Shown here: one piece after another, positions 52,192-64,000 of the stretch | How positions within the stretch are numbered: position 1 is the first letter of the stretch | Layout: the number at the start of each line of letters is the position of its first letter | Assembly: GCA_964016885.1 (NCBI GenBank) | Contig: OZ024743.1 | Span: forward strand, 157,542,001-157,606,000 | Length of the DNA stretch: 64,000 nt | Reading direction: 5' to 3' | DNA from: Eledone cirrhosa | Lineage: Eukaryota | Translations under genes and position numbers: made by a program | The notes under the pieces: model-generated | Seen by the model: the letters and a program-made list of their open reading frames with translations, nothing else | The model's database searches: none | Told to the model about the DNA's origin: nothing

Positions 52192-55100
52192 AGGTTTCTT
52201 TATTGGCCACAAGGGCTGACTCGAAGAAAAACATTAGAGACGGCACAGAACAGTACAGGACAATACAAAGTGGGTTTTGGTCGTGTAAACAGGTTATAAC
52301 AAAATCGGGCTAGAAATCCAAAAAAAAATTCAAACAACAAAAATTCCCCAAGAAGGGGGAAACCTCCGAGGGTCACTCGTAGGGAAAACCACACAAAAGA
52401 CCACGGCCACCCTGACCACCAGAGCAAGCGCCTTCTGTCACTTTTCCCACTCCTCAGTCTACAGGCGTATACTCAGAGCGGGCCCGTTCACTCGGACCAT
52501 ACCCGGCACTTTCACCCACCTTTCAACAAACTTATTAGATTTTCCTCTTCAAGTGAAACTTGAAAAAGTTATTCAGGGATTGGCCGGAGAGGAAAATATC
52601 CGTCTTCAACCCTTTCAACCTTGTCCACCACACAATCTCTTTCACCATGGCCACTAGGCAGATGAAAACTGCCTGCTCATCCTCCTCTTTAAAGGAGGAT
52701 GGCGGGACTATCTGCACAATGGACTCAGTCGATAACCGGATCCGTCCTACAGGCGACAGCAGCTGTTCGACGTAGCTCCACAAATCAGCAATCCTCGGGC
52801 ACTAAACGAGTGCGTGCAGCACGGTTTCATCGCCCTGCGCGCATCTCTGACAGGCTTGGCTGACAGCACCTCCGTGCCTGTAGAGCTTATCCCGAACCAG
52901 CAACGCTCCCCGGTAGCACTGCCAGGCCAGGGATTTCTGGAAGTTGTCCATAGGGACGGTCCGAAAGTTCTCTTGAAGAGGGCAAACAGCTGATCGTCTT
53001 CGACGCCTAGGGTCTCCTCGAGAACGTCGTCGCTCTTTTCCTCCACTAGCCCTCTATAGAACGCCGAGGTGGATGCTCCACCGATACTAGTGCCCAGCTG
53101 GTAGAGGGCGGTGAGCGCTTGGAGACATTCCAGCTGAATGACGTGTCTGGCAAACGGCGACCACACCTGTTCACCGTCAAGGAAGCGCCAGAGTTGTCGC
53201 AGCCTCAGCGCATGTTTGCGCATCATCAACCACGGCATGCCTAATCCTCTACGCAATGGGTGTTGACAGCAAATTGATCGTGTGACCATCGGAGGACGTC
53301 CCTTCCACAAAAAGCGGAAGAGAAGGCGCTTCATTTTGGTCACAGTTAGGCGGGGGAAAGGTACGGATGTCAGGCGGTAGCAGATGACGGACGCTATGTA
53401 CGCATTCGCCAGCTCCGCCTGACCTTTCAGAGACAGTTTCCTCTCGGCCCATTTCTGGGTGAGAGAGACCACCCTGCTCGTCATCTCGATCCAGTTTTTC
53501 TTCATCTGGAGGTCCGGACCGAACCAGACCCCGAGCAATTTAACTGGTCCTTCCGTCCAGCGCCGCACGACGCTGTCGGACGGCATGGATTTGACTCTCC
53601 ATGTGCCGAGTTGCAAGCCCACCGACTCTTCCTGGTTTATCTTTGCTCCTGTCACCGCTTCGTAGTCCTTGAGAGTGGTGCCGAGGATCTGGACGTGGTT
53701 TGTGCACGACACCACCACGGTAACATCGTCGGCGTAAGCTGACACGGATATCCCGCATCCCAGTTCGCGTGGGACCCCCCCCCCCCCTTCTTCGTCGTCT
53801 CCAATTTGTGCAGTAACGGCTCTAGGGACAGTACGTACAAGAGTGACGAGAGGGAGCAACCCTGGCTCACCGAGCGCATGATGCTGAAAGGCTGCGGCAG
53901 GTGACCATTCAACTTCACAATCGAGCTGATGTCACTGTGCATTGCAACGATCCAGCCCCTAACAACTGGTCCGAAGCCGGCCACGTCGAGAACCGCAGCC
54001 AGGTAGCGATGGTCGACCCTATCGAATGTTTAGATTGATCCAAGTTGATCAGGGTCCCACCCGTGCCAGGTTCCTTAACCACCCTCTCTATGATGTATCG
54101 CATGATAGTGGAGGTCGTCGTGGATGGATCTGTCCGGAATGGCGCATGTCTGCACCTCTCCCACCAGATCACCGACGACATGTGCCAATCTCTTTGCTGA
54201 CACCTTGGCCAAAATCTTAAACTCTGCGTTTAGCAGAGTTATGGCCTGACGTTGTCTATAACGTCCCCCTTGTTCGGGTCTTTTATCAGCTGCGCCACCG
54301 CTCCTCGGCTCACAAAACTGGGAATGCTCCCTTTCTGCTGCCAGTTGCAGTAGACATATGGCAAGAGGTCGCCGAACAAGTCTGGCATATACGTATAAAG
54401 CTCGTAGGGCAGAAAATTCAACCTGGCGATTTACCCCTCGTGCAGTCAGACATCGCTTCCCGTATTTCACCTGCTGTTATCGACATTTCTCAGCACTGCG
54501 CTGCGGTCGTCAAGAGCCACAGCAGTCCGTCGAGGTAGGCACCGAAGTCCTTACTCCGATCCGGCCCGGCGCCGCTCCCGAACATTTGAGCAAACTGCTG
54601 TTGAAAAGCCGCACGCATCTGCTCAGGTTCGAGCAACATGCGCCCGTTTGATCAGGCAAAGACCGAATTGTGGAATTTTTCCCACGTCGCGCCTCCACCA
54701 CCCGGGCCCATTGAAAGGCTTTCGTCCCCTCGTGTGTTAGAGCACGTGCTCTATCTCTGACAACGCAGCCTTCATGCTTTGCGTTGAAGAATTAGTCGAG
54801 TGCCAATGTCGCCGCAAGCACGTCGGTTGCGATGCCTGTCCTAAACGCCTCTTCTAACTTTCTGACTAACTCTCCCTCTACTCTATTTTCCTCTATCACT
54901 ACTCCTTTGCTAAACCTTATCGATTCTACTCTAATAGCCCTTTTCAGAGTAAACCACCACCTGTTGTTGACAATCGCACCCGTCAACACACGCTTAACTA
55001 ATTCGCTAATCCGGTCTCTGTAAGCTTTGCGCGCCAGGACGACGAGTTCAGCTTCCAGTAGCCGGGCGTTTGCCTATGGAGTCTATCTAAGTCACCATCA

Positions 55101-57749
55101 CAGATCACAAATTTGTGCTCCGTGTAGTCGACTACTTTAAATTGTGGACAAACTACACTAGCCTTATCTGTTACCCTACAGAATATCCTATCTAAATACG
55201 TCTACTTGGCACATTCGGATAATCCAGTCTATACCTGTCAGACATTTCAAAACGTCTGAGCAGTTTGTTGAGTCTTTTACACCCTCCTTCCCTGTCTACT
55301 AGCCCCACATAATTCCAGCGTGCATCTAAGATATCGTTCCAGTCGCCCACTAACACTAAAGAGTGGGACGTTCCAAGAAAGGTATCTAGACATCTGAAGA
55401 AATCTGGCCATCCTGTCCCTGTTGCGTCGTAGACGGCTACTAGCCTTTATAGCATTGCCTTCGCTGCCGGTCACGTCTAGCAGCACCCACTTACCTTCTG
55501 GTCCAGGAAGATGGCCCGTATGGAGAGATCCAAGCCTCTCCGAAAAAGCACGGCAACCCGTCCCCCCGATCCTGGATGGCTGGGAGATGCGTATATATTG
55601 TAGCCGCCGAAGATCGGTACGAAGGCTCGTGCTTCGGAGATTCTAGTCTCGTTGATGGCCACCACATCTATGCTTAGTGACCTGAGGTCGTTGAGCAGGT
55701 GACCCTGCTTCCAAGATGACCCCAGGCGACGTACATTTATACTGCCTATTCTAAGAACGGCCATGCTGGATGAGAAACGGGGTAAATGAGAACGGATCAA
55801 TTAACATGATCGAGTGGTGAAGGGACATGGGTGGTCATGGGTGTTTCCAAGAGGATGTAGGTGTATATCCTCTTGGTAACCGACCCTCTGAAGTCTTCAA
55901 CTGCGTTGGGGAATTTTTGCTTTAAAAGTTTGTAATGTTCTATTTTGATTTCAATGATGTTTATGTCTGTCGGGAGAGTTCTTGGTGTTGGTGGGGTGTA
56001 GTAGTTTTTTTTCTCTGATGTCTGTGTGTTGCTTTATTTGCCATGTTTATGGCTGTGTACTTTTTGGTGGTAGGGGCGATTTTGTTGCTGTTTTCTTGTT
56101 GTTGCTGTTGTGTGTGTGTGTTTTGTTGTGTTTGCGATGTGGGTGTTTTTGGTGATGCTAGTGGTGGTGTGGTTGTTGTTGGTGGTGATGCTTGTGATGG
56201 TGATGTTGGTGGTGTTGCTACAAGTCTCCTTGCAACCTTTACCCCTCTTCGTTTGCCTTCGCTTTTGGAGGGTGTAGATAAGGGTTTTTCCTGTTTTGTT
56301 TTATTTTGTGGCAGACCGCTTGCCTCATAATTCCCTCTCGCCTCATACACCATACAGGATTCCGTAGCGTCTGGACGAGGTATATTCTCCACTGCTGTTG
56401 GTGGTGGTAGTGGAGCCCGGTCCGGCAATTTTGCCGCCGGTGTAGCTACTGCGACTGTTGGTGTTGCGCCACTGCTGCCGCTGTTTTAGTTGTCCGTGGC
56501 CTTGGTATGGGTGCCACGGACGTTGCTCTCCTATTCACCATGAAAGGGTCTTCTGCCTCTAGCTGTGGATCCGGCGTCGGAAGGAGGGCTCCCTCTTCTT
56601 GGCTGTCTCCTGCGGGCAGAAAGCCCTGAGGTGCCCACAGAGATATCACTTTGGGCGCTTTCCCTCCACGGTTATAGGGAGCTGGAGTCCTTCTTCGAGG
56701 TCTATGATCTGGGATGGCCTCAATGTACTCCTGGTCAGTCTGTATTAGCATTTGCGTACCTATTCCTGACCAGTTCTCTCTTCCTATTCTCTGTATTTGC
56801 AGTATGGTGGTCTTCTCAATTCCAGCCAGTACAGACGCGGCCAGTCAAGGGCTCGTCGGGCGGGGCTTGGGTAACTTTGACCCTCACAATATTCTGCCCG
56901 CATAAGGCTTCCAAAGAGTAAGACTTCGCCACTTGGGGGTGGCGAAACGTACGTCTACTGTGGCGTACTTTTTGCCCCAGGTGATGTGGGTTTTGCACGC
57001 CCAGACGGACCCTTTGGATTTGAGACGCCTTTTGGATTTGAGCCTCCGTGGCTCTCTCCACCCAATGTGACATCTTGCTTACGGTGTGGTAAATCACCGT
57101 GCGCAGCTGATGGTCTTTGAAGAAATCGGGTGGAGGTTTCAGGTAAACTCTATTTTCATTCCTTGTCACCATGGCTCTTGCGACTGCCATCTCCTCCTCC
57201 GTGACTAGCACTGTCTCTATATTTCGGGCCACACCTGCAAAAGAAGTGGCCCCTTTTTCAGCGGCACCATTATTGCTGCCGCTACTGCTGCTACTGTTAC
57301 AAACGGTGTTGTTTGTGTTGTTGCTGTTATCACTGTTGTAGTTGGTTGTGTTTTTGGTGCCACCGTTGTTGTTGTTTTCGGTGCAATTTGTATTATCACT
57401 GTTGGTGTTGTTGTTGTTTATTTTCTTGTTAGTGGTGTTAATATCGTTGTTGCATTTGTTGTCATGTTTTTCTGTTGTCTGCATTTTGGTTGACGCTGTT
57501 ATTGTTGTAGTTGGTGTGCTAATTTTTTTTTAATTAGTGTTCTCAGTGTTGTTGTCTTTGTTCACGTTGTTTGTGGTGGTGTCTGTTGTATGAATTTCAC
57601 TAACCCTCCTCTCAACTTTTACGCCGTTGTCACACGACAGCAGAGGGCTTATATCCCTTACAAAACAAGAAAAATTTAGCAACAAATAATTATAACGGGT
57701 AAATAAAGCGACTTATTGGGAGCGAGCAAAAAGTACGTCTGAACAGACC
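52192..57749 (-). mobile_element. Apparently full-length, disrupted Tx1/L1-clade LINE (ORF1 ~55900-57590, ORF2 ~52460-55765)
   Basis: LRIGSINVRRL, YLDRI, YWKLN, ITLLNAEFKILAK, QGCSLS, SAYADDVT, WFGPD, zinc finger; 3' tail gcccttgtggccaataaagaaac next to (CAA/CAG)n; 5' end at (TAA)n. Confidence 0.92.
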
Positions 57750-57780
<31 letters not shown>

Positions 57781-58728
57781 GATTATGATGACGATGATGA
57801 TGAGGATGATGATGATGCATCCTATACCGGATAAACGTTGTATAAAATTCAGAAAATCGTACTCACTAGTACTGTCAACATTTTGTGAAGAGCATTGCCA
57901 AGGTAATTTTGGAAAAGCAAACAGCACTGTATCTTGCATGTGTCACATCCATGGACCAAAGTGTGCACTTTAACCAAATTATTTTGTATTCAATTCTGTC
58001 TTCAAATATGGATACATTTGTAAAAGGGATTTATAACCTCGAATATAGAAAGGGATATAACCTCGTATTGATTTTACAGACTATATGTATTTGTATATGG
58101 ACCTGTTGACTCTATGAATATTGCCTAGATGAGCTTGTATCTCTGTCTGTATAGGATGCATTGTTACTTACTTTCTCATACTCTCAACAATATATCTCCA
58201 GTTATTTATGGTGCTGAGAAAATATGCATCATAACAAACGATCACTCACTTCATGCCTCTGGGATATATAAAATGTAAATATGTCCTAGGAAATAACAAT
58301 AGTAAAAGTAATAACAATTTATTTATATATGCATAGAATCTGTCTTTCATTGGAAGTGATTATGAACATATATACTGGTATCATTTTTTATTTTAAGTTT
58401 AATCAATTCAAGGCATAGATTCTATCTGCGTCACATGTAGTTGCATGGCAGTTTTGAGACTATATTCTACACAGAATTAAATGTTATTGATTTCATATTT
58501 GCGTTAAGTTTGATCGAAATAAATGTACCAAAAAACGTGCTAAGATTGTAACCCTTCGGAATTAAATCAACAAGGGGGGATATACAAGCTATAATATAGG
58601 GAAATAATGCGAGAATGTTGTGAATAACCCGGAAGACTGAAAGTGATCCCAAAGAATAAGAAATAAAGAATGGTATAGTAGGATATAAGCCAGTAACACA
58701 GGTTGTCAATGAATAAATGTGGAAGCAA

Positions 58729-59099
58729 TGTAATAGACTGAAAGTTAGGCAGAATTAAAAAAAAGAAATATGATATAGGAATCTTAACGCAGATTGAGAT
58801 GACACCTAAATATGCTATAGGAATCTTAACGTAGATTGAGATGACGCCTAAATATGCTATAGGAATCTTAACGCAGATTGAGATGACGCCTAAATATGAT
58901 ATAGGAATCTTAACGCAGATTGAGATGACGCCTAAATATGATATAGGAATCTTAACGCAGATTGAGATGACGCCTAAATATGCTATAGGAATCTTAACGC
59001 AGATTGAGATGACGCCTTTAGGCGTCATCTCAATCTGACGTTAAGATTCCTATATCATATTTCTTTTTTTTAATTCTGCCTAACTTTCAGTCTATTACA
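58729..59099. repeat. 6 x 42-bp tandem array (58766-59017) inside a fold-back palindrome
   Basis: Unit aaatatg(a/c)tataggaatcttaacgcagattgagatgacgcct; 59020-59099 is the reverse complement of 58729-58807. Confidence 0.95.
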
Positions 59100-59313
59100 A
59101 TGTTTTAATGGTTTCAGCAATTAGTCTGTGACTATTTTGAAGCACCAGCGTTAAAGGTATAGTCGGTAACATCGGCCTCAGTATTATAGTGTTAGGTAGT
59201 TAAAGTATTCATCTTGGAAGGACGAAAAGTGATGTTGACTTAATTGGGATATGAATATATATATGTATGTGTGTGTGTGTGTGTATAAATAAATATATAT
59301 ATATATATTAGTA

Positions 59314-59511
59314 TAGAAGCTTTCGCCGTATTTTTTTTACTAAAGAAATTTTAGCCCGATAGTGAGGTTTAGAACCCTCTACGAAATGGAAAAAGATGAG
59401 TACTGATTTCCATGTACGTCAATACTCATCTTTTTCCATTTCTTAGACGGTTCTAAACCCCACTATCAGGTTAAAATTTCTTTAGTCAAACAAATACGGC
59501 GAAAGCTTCTA
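59314..59511. repeat. Fold-back palindrome ending in a hammerhead-like 3' half (GAAAGCUUC)
   Basis: tagaagctttcgccgtattt...aaatacggcgaaagcttcta. Confidence 0.8.
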
Positions 59512-59586
59512 TTTCTAATTTCTAACTTTCTCGCTGTTTCAAAAACCAACATGTCATATATATATATATATATATATATGTGTGTA

Positions 59587-59674
<88 letters not shown>

Positions 59675-60299
59675 GTCTTTCTCTTTGTCTTTGTGCAAAG
59701 TATTTATTTACTTTATTGAATGAGATGTTAAAAGTCAGCGGCTATTATATTTGTCAGGACTTTCGGGGCCACTGGAAGGAAGGGATGGAATTATTTCAGA
59801 CCAGAAACTAGGCCTGAATGTTTGTAACAGAATGTACGCCGAGAAATGCCACTATATCGCCACACCTGTGCCACCACCGAAATTACACAAGCACTAGTAC
59901 AGTCATTAACATGTCAACCCCCTTTTCACATCGAAATGCTTTCCTTCCAAACTTTCTTTAAGCAAAGACGAAGAGGGGATAAGGAGAGAGAACATGGTGT
60001 GAATGACAAAGAAAAGTCAAAAGCAAGAAGATTTGATAAGGCATCTTAATAAGCCAACCATCCAGTTACACAACAACCAAAGATTCAGTAACAAAATATT
60101 CAAAAAATATACTCGTAACCTCTAAAATAAAAACATTAGGAAAAACCTTCGAACACAACAGAGCTAGAGTAAAACCAACAAAAGAAATAAACAAGAGATA
60201 AGGCCGCGACTACAACAACCAAATACTGGGTCAATATAATCAGCTATAACATTCTCCACAACTATGTAGCCTTGTGCTTACTAAAAAAAATAAATGTTG

Positions 60300-60700
60300 A
60301 GTTTGGTGGATTGGAAGAATCGATAAAAGGTCGGACAAAATGTCATGTGGTATTGATTTTGCCTAACATATTTCCAATGTCGATAAAATAAAACCTCAAA
60401 CAAGTGTTGGTATCGATTCAATCGTCTGTTACCTCCACAAGTTATGTAACTATATGCTTATATTAGAAAATATTATTGGAAGAAAGCTACATTGGGAGAA
60501 ATTGCATGGTACCTGACTGAATTATTTAATGTTTTCAGTTATGTCATTTTGCGCTCGAAGTTCAAAATCTGCCAGGTTTGGTTCTGTCTGCCATGCTTCT
60601 GAGACCGGTAAAATGGGTACCAGTAAGTAATATAACGAGATTAGTGTTTATAGACTGTACATTTTCTCAAAAATGTTCTGACTAATGTGATAAATTAACA
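60300..60700 (+). mobile_element. Two old, diverged Nin/Deu-type SINE copies
   Basis: gtcgataaaataaa; gttcaaaatctgccagg..ccggtaaaatgggtaccagtaa. Confidence 0.5.
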
Positions 60701-61433
60701 TTGAGCCGCGGTAATTTTACATATCCTTCTGGAATAAGCTCACAACTGTATACATATCATATGAGACACGTGTTTTATAGCCGCTTGACCCATGTTGACA
60801 ACAAAGACTTAAACATCTTCATATCAGATCTTGATTTCCAAATAAGACAGAAAATTTTCTACCAATATTTGCCGTTAACCACATATTAAGGATTAATGAA
60901 ACTACCATTGTAAAAGCAAAACGTCTTGGAAATATTCATCAAATAATAGAATTCGATATAATTTTGGAAAGATTTATTCAGTTTCAGATTCTATTGATTT
61001 TTTTTTATATATATTTTATATAGTGTGGGAGTGGGAGGAAAGTGTGAGAGTTTATTTAAATACTTTCCATTTGTGAATTTTGATTGGTTAATAAAATATG
61101 TTTCATTGACCAGTATATTTGCTATTGGAGCGTGTGTGAGAGATCTAGGTCCGGTTTGTGGTAAAGAAGAATTTATAATATTTATTAAATTTAATCTCTT
61201 TCTCTTTCTTTTTCGCTTTCTGTTTCTCACTTTGTCTCTCTTCCTCTCCCATCTCTCGCTCTCTCTTTCATGTCCACGCTATATCCGTTTCCTTGCATCT
61301 GTAGAAGTGATTTGGTTATTTTATTTCCCTTGTCTTGTTAGTGAAAAAAATAAACTAGATAATCAAGAGGATGTTACTAATAACGACGGGAAATTGAAAA
61401 TAAAAAAACTATAGTATATTGATATATGTTATT

Positions 61434-61577
<144 letters not shown>

Positions 61578-61587
61578 TAAAATGAAG

Positions 61588-61717
61588 AATTAGAAAGAGG
61601 ACTTTCCATCATCAGTGATCTACTAGCCATCATAGGTATTTCTTCGCATTAAAGAATGCGAAGAAATACCTATGATGGCTAGTAGATCACTGATGATGGA
61701 TAGTCTTATTTCTAATT
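61588..61717. repeat. Fold-back palindrome containing the CUGAUGA 5' half of a hammerhead
   Basis: tccatcatcagtgatctactagccatcataggtatttcttcgcatt / aatgcgaagaaatacctatgatggctagtagatcactgatgatgga; flanked by (TA)n. Confidence 0.85.
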
Positions 61718-61744
61718 TTTCAACAACACAGTACGCCATTTTTC

Positions 61745-61791
<47 letters not shown>

Positions 61792-61846
61792 TGGTGTTGG
61801 ATGCTTAAAGCGTCCATATACGGTAGGCCGTTAGAGCAGAATATGT

Positions 61847-62149
61847 TATCACAAAAAAAAGAGAATCAGTGTTGCGACGAATGGAATTTATTGGATATAT
61901 TACAATCGTTTCTCTGGCGACCAACTCGAGGCACGATCGATGTTATCATCGAACATTACTCTGAAATCGCAAGGTCCTCAGATACGTCTTGATTCTACGA
62001 AAATCTGCAAGACGTATCTGAGGACGTTGCGATTTCAGAGTAATGTTCGATCATCACATCGATATGTGCCTCGAGCTAGTCGCCATAGAAACGATTGTAA
62101 TATGTCCAATAAATTCCATTCGTCTCAACACTGATTCTCTTTTTTTGTG

Positions 62150-62152
<3 letters not shown>
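61847..62152. repeat. Fold-back palindrome (~145-bp arms) with a hammerhead motif in each arm (plus copy 62011-62106)
   Basis: GACGUAU-CUGAGGA-long stem II-GAAAC-GAUU-GUA-AUAUGUC (7-bp stem I); extra tail on left; flanked by (TA)n. Confidence 0.75.
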
Positions 62153-62191
<39 letters not shown>

Positions 62192-62464
62192 ATATTCATA
62201 GATGCATACGTACATAATTGAATTATTTTCTTTGTTTTTTCCATCACAACCAAGGGTGAATGTATAAAACATAATCGTTCAATGACGCATCATTTTTGTG
62301 TCATGTTTGTGTATATTGAAGAGTCTAATTGATGAGTCTAGTTGTTGATTTTTTGATTATTGGTGGTATCGCTAAAAGGCATATCAGCAAATTGCTTGAG
62401 AATGCTTTGTTTTCATGATACCCCTTTGCACATTGTTGATTATATACCAAAGAGAGGGAAAGCC

Positions 62465-62495
<31 letters not shown>

Positions 62496-63617
62496 CATTT
62501 TAGAATGCTGGGGGAATCTCAGCAGAATCAATATCATATTTTGTACTCTATTCTTCGAGATAGTCGTAAAATTGAACAATTTCAAATGCAAAAGAATTGC
62601 AGCATTGATACAAAATTACGAAACAAAATTGTCGAGAATTTTCCACATATGCAATTGGAGAAGAATAAAGACCATAGTCTCCTTGTAATAAGTTGTAAAG
62701 TAGTTATAAATTATTATTATCAAATGCAGACAGAATCTTCTCCGTTTTACTTTTCCACCGAGCATTTTGCATGATACGACATTTGTGCTCTAAGTTACAT
62801 TTCACTTCCGTCAACAATATTATTTTATAAATTATATATAAATAAATATATAAATATTATTAGTATATATATTGTTTATAGATTTCTAATATATAAAAAA
62901 TTTCTTATAAAATGTTATATTTCCTTAATTACGTCCCTTATTTTATTAACTCCCTTTGTATTAATTCATTAACTTTTTCAAAATCTAACGGTTATTTTCA
63001 ACATGTTACTACCATTACAATCTTAAGGTTTCTTACAAGCTGATGTTTGGACTTTAACCGTAATAGAAATTGGTGTATTACTTTGAGGAATGTCAACTAG
63101 GATAATATTCAAACACCGATTATGGCACAACAACAAGAACATCGACTTTATAGAACATTGAAGTACGTTATAACCCATACAAAGGATTAAATGTTTGATT
63201 TATATATTTATTTGAACTTTACAACTCCATAGTTATTGCTTACACACGTCATAACTATAGATATTAACATTTTCTACATGAACCTTTTATGAAACCTCTT
63301 GCATAACATCGTTGCTTGTAACTAATTCATCATATAATGCTTACATAACATATATATGCATGATATCACTACACATCTGTCTTACCTTAATGCATACTAT
63401 TATTTACATTCTTTGTATGATATGCTTCATATATTGACTTTAAGTAATACTCTCTTTATAATACTTTTCAATATTTCATTGTAATATTATTTTGTTCAAT
63501 ATTATTTTGAAATATTATTTTGTTCAATATATTGTTACTGACACTATTAATTATAATGTATCTTAATGAATGTTCTAAGGATTAGGAATTTATTTATTTA
63601 TTTATTTTATCATTGTA

Positions 63618-63667
63618 TATTCTCTGATGATCCTGACATTTGTCTGGAAGAAACGATCGTCAGCAAT
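63618..63667 (+). ncRNA. Minimal hammerhead-like motif at the end of a PLE pLTR remnant
   Basis: CUGAUGA-UCCUGAC-AUUU-GUCUGGA-A-GAAAC-GAUC-GUC-AG; downstream tail (cattgagc..accggtaac..aatattaccct) resembles the reverse complement of 17815-17870. Confidence 0.7.
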
Positions 63668-63854
63668 TAAATGCATTAAACAAAAATTGGATTGTTTTCT
63701 ATGTTGTATTTCTGCTCTGTAATATTTCTGATATTTTACATTGAGCTAATTTTCTTACCGGTAACTGGGTAATACACAATATTACCCTTATCTTATTTAC
63801 GATTATATATAGATTATATATATGAGTATAAATATTATTATTATTATTATTGAT

Positions 63855-64000
63855 TTTGGCAGTATTTGCAGCGAAGAGTTACGTCCCTTTATGGTCTGAG
63901 TTCAAATCCCGCAGAGGTTAACTTTGCCTTTCATCCTTAAAGGCGCGATAATATAAAGTACGAGTAATACACTGGGATAATTGCTGGCCTTGTGTCAAAA
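63855..64000 (+). mobile_element. Nin/Deu-domain SINE (runs off window end)
   Basis: gagttcaaatccc, ttgcctttcatcc, gctggccttgtg. Confidence 0.85.

Noticed and set aside
58766-59017. CRISPR-like array or 14-aa repeat protein
   Set aside because: Units are contiguous with no unique spacers, the context is eukaryotic, and the ORFs are a by-product of the 42-bp period.

Overview
AT-rich, microsatellite-dense animal genomic DNA. It is probably octopus or another cephalopod, inferred from the SINE family and repeat landscape. Nearly all recognisable sequence is decayed transposable element: several Tx1/L1-clade LINEs, two head-to-tail near-full-length R4/Dong-type (RT + restriction-like endonuclease) retrotransposons bounded by (TAA)n, a Naiad-type Penelope-like element (PLE) forming a ~6 kb inverted repeat, RTE, CRE-like and hAT fragments, small Helitrons, and many tRNA-derived Nin/Deu-domain SINEs. 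No intact element ORF and no clear multi-exon host gene is visible; one candidate signal-peptide first exon lies at 37928-37972 (-). Four observations stand out. (1) About ten unrelated short fold-back palindromes sit in (TA)n tracts, most carrying hammerhead-ribozyme-like cores on opposite strands. (2) Both R4/Dong copies share an apparent spliceosomal intron in the 5' UTR. (3) The SINE 3' tail resembles the Tx1/L1 3' end. (4) A 6x42-bp array is capped by a fold-back. All calls are by eye and boundaries are approximate.
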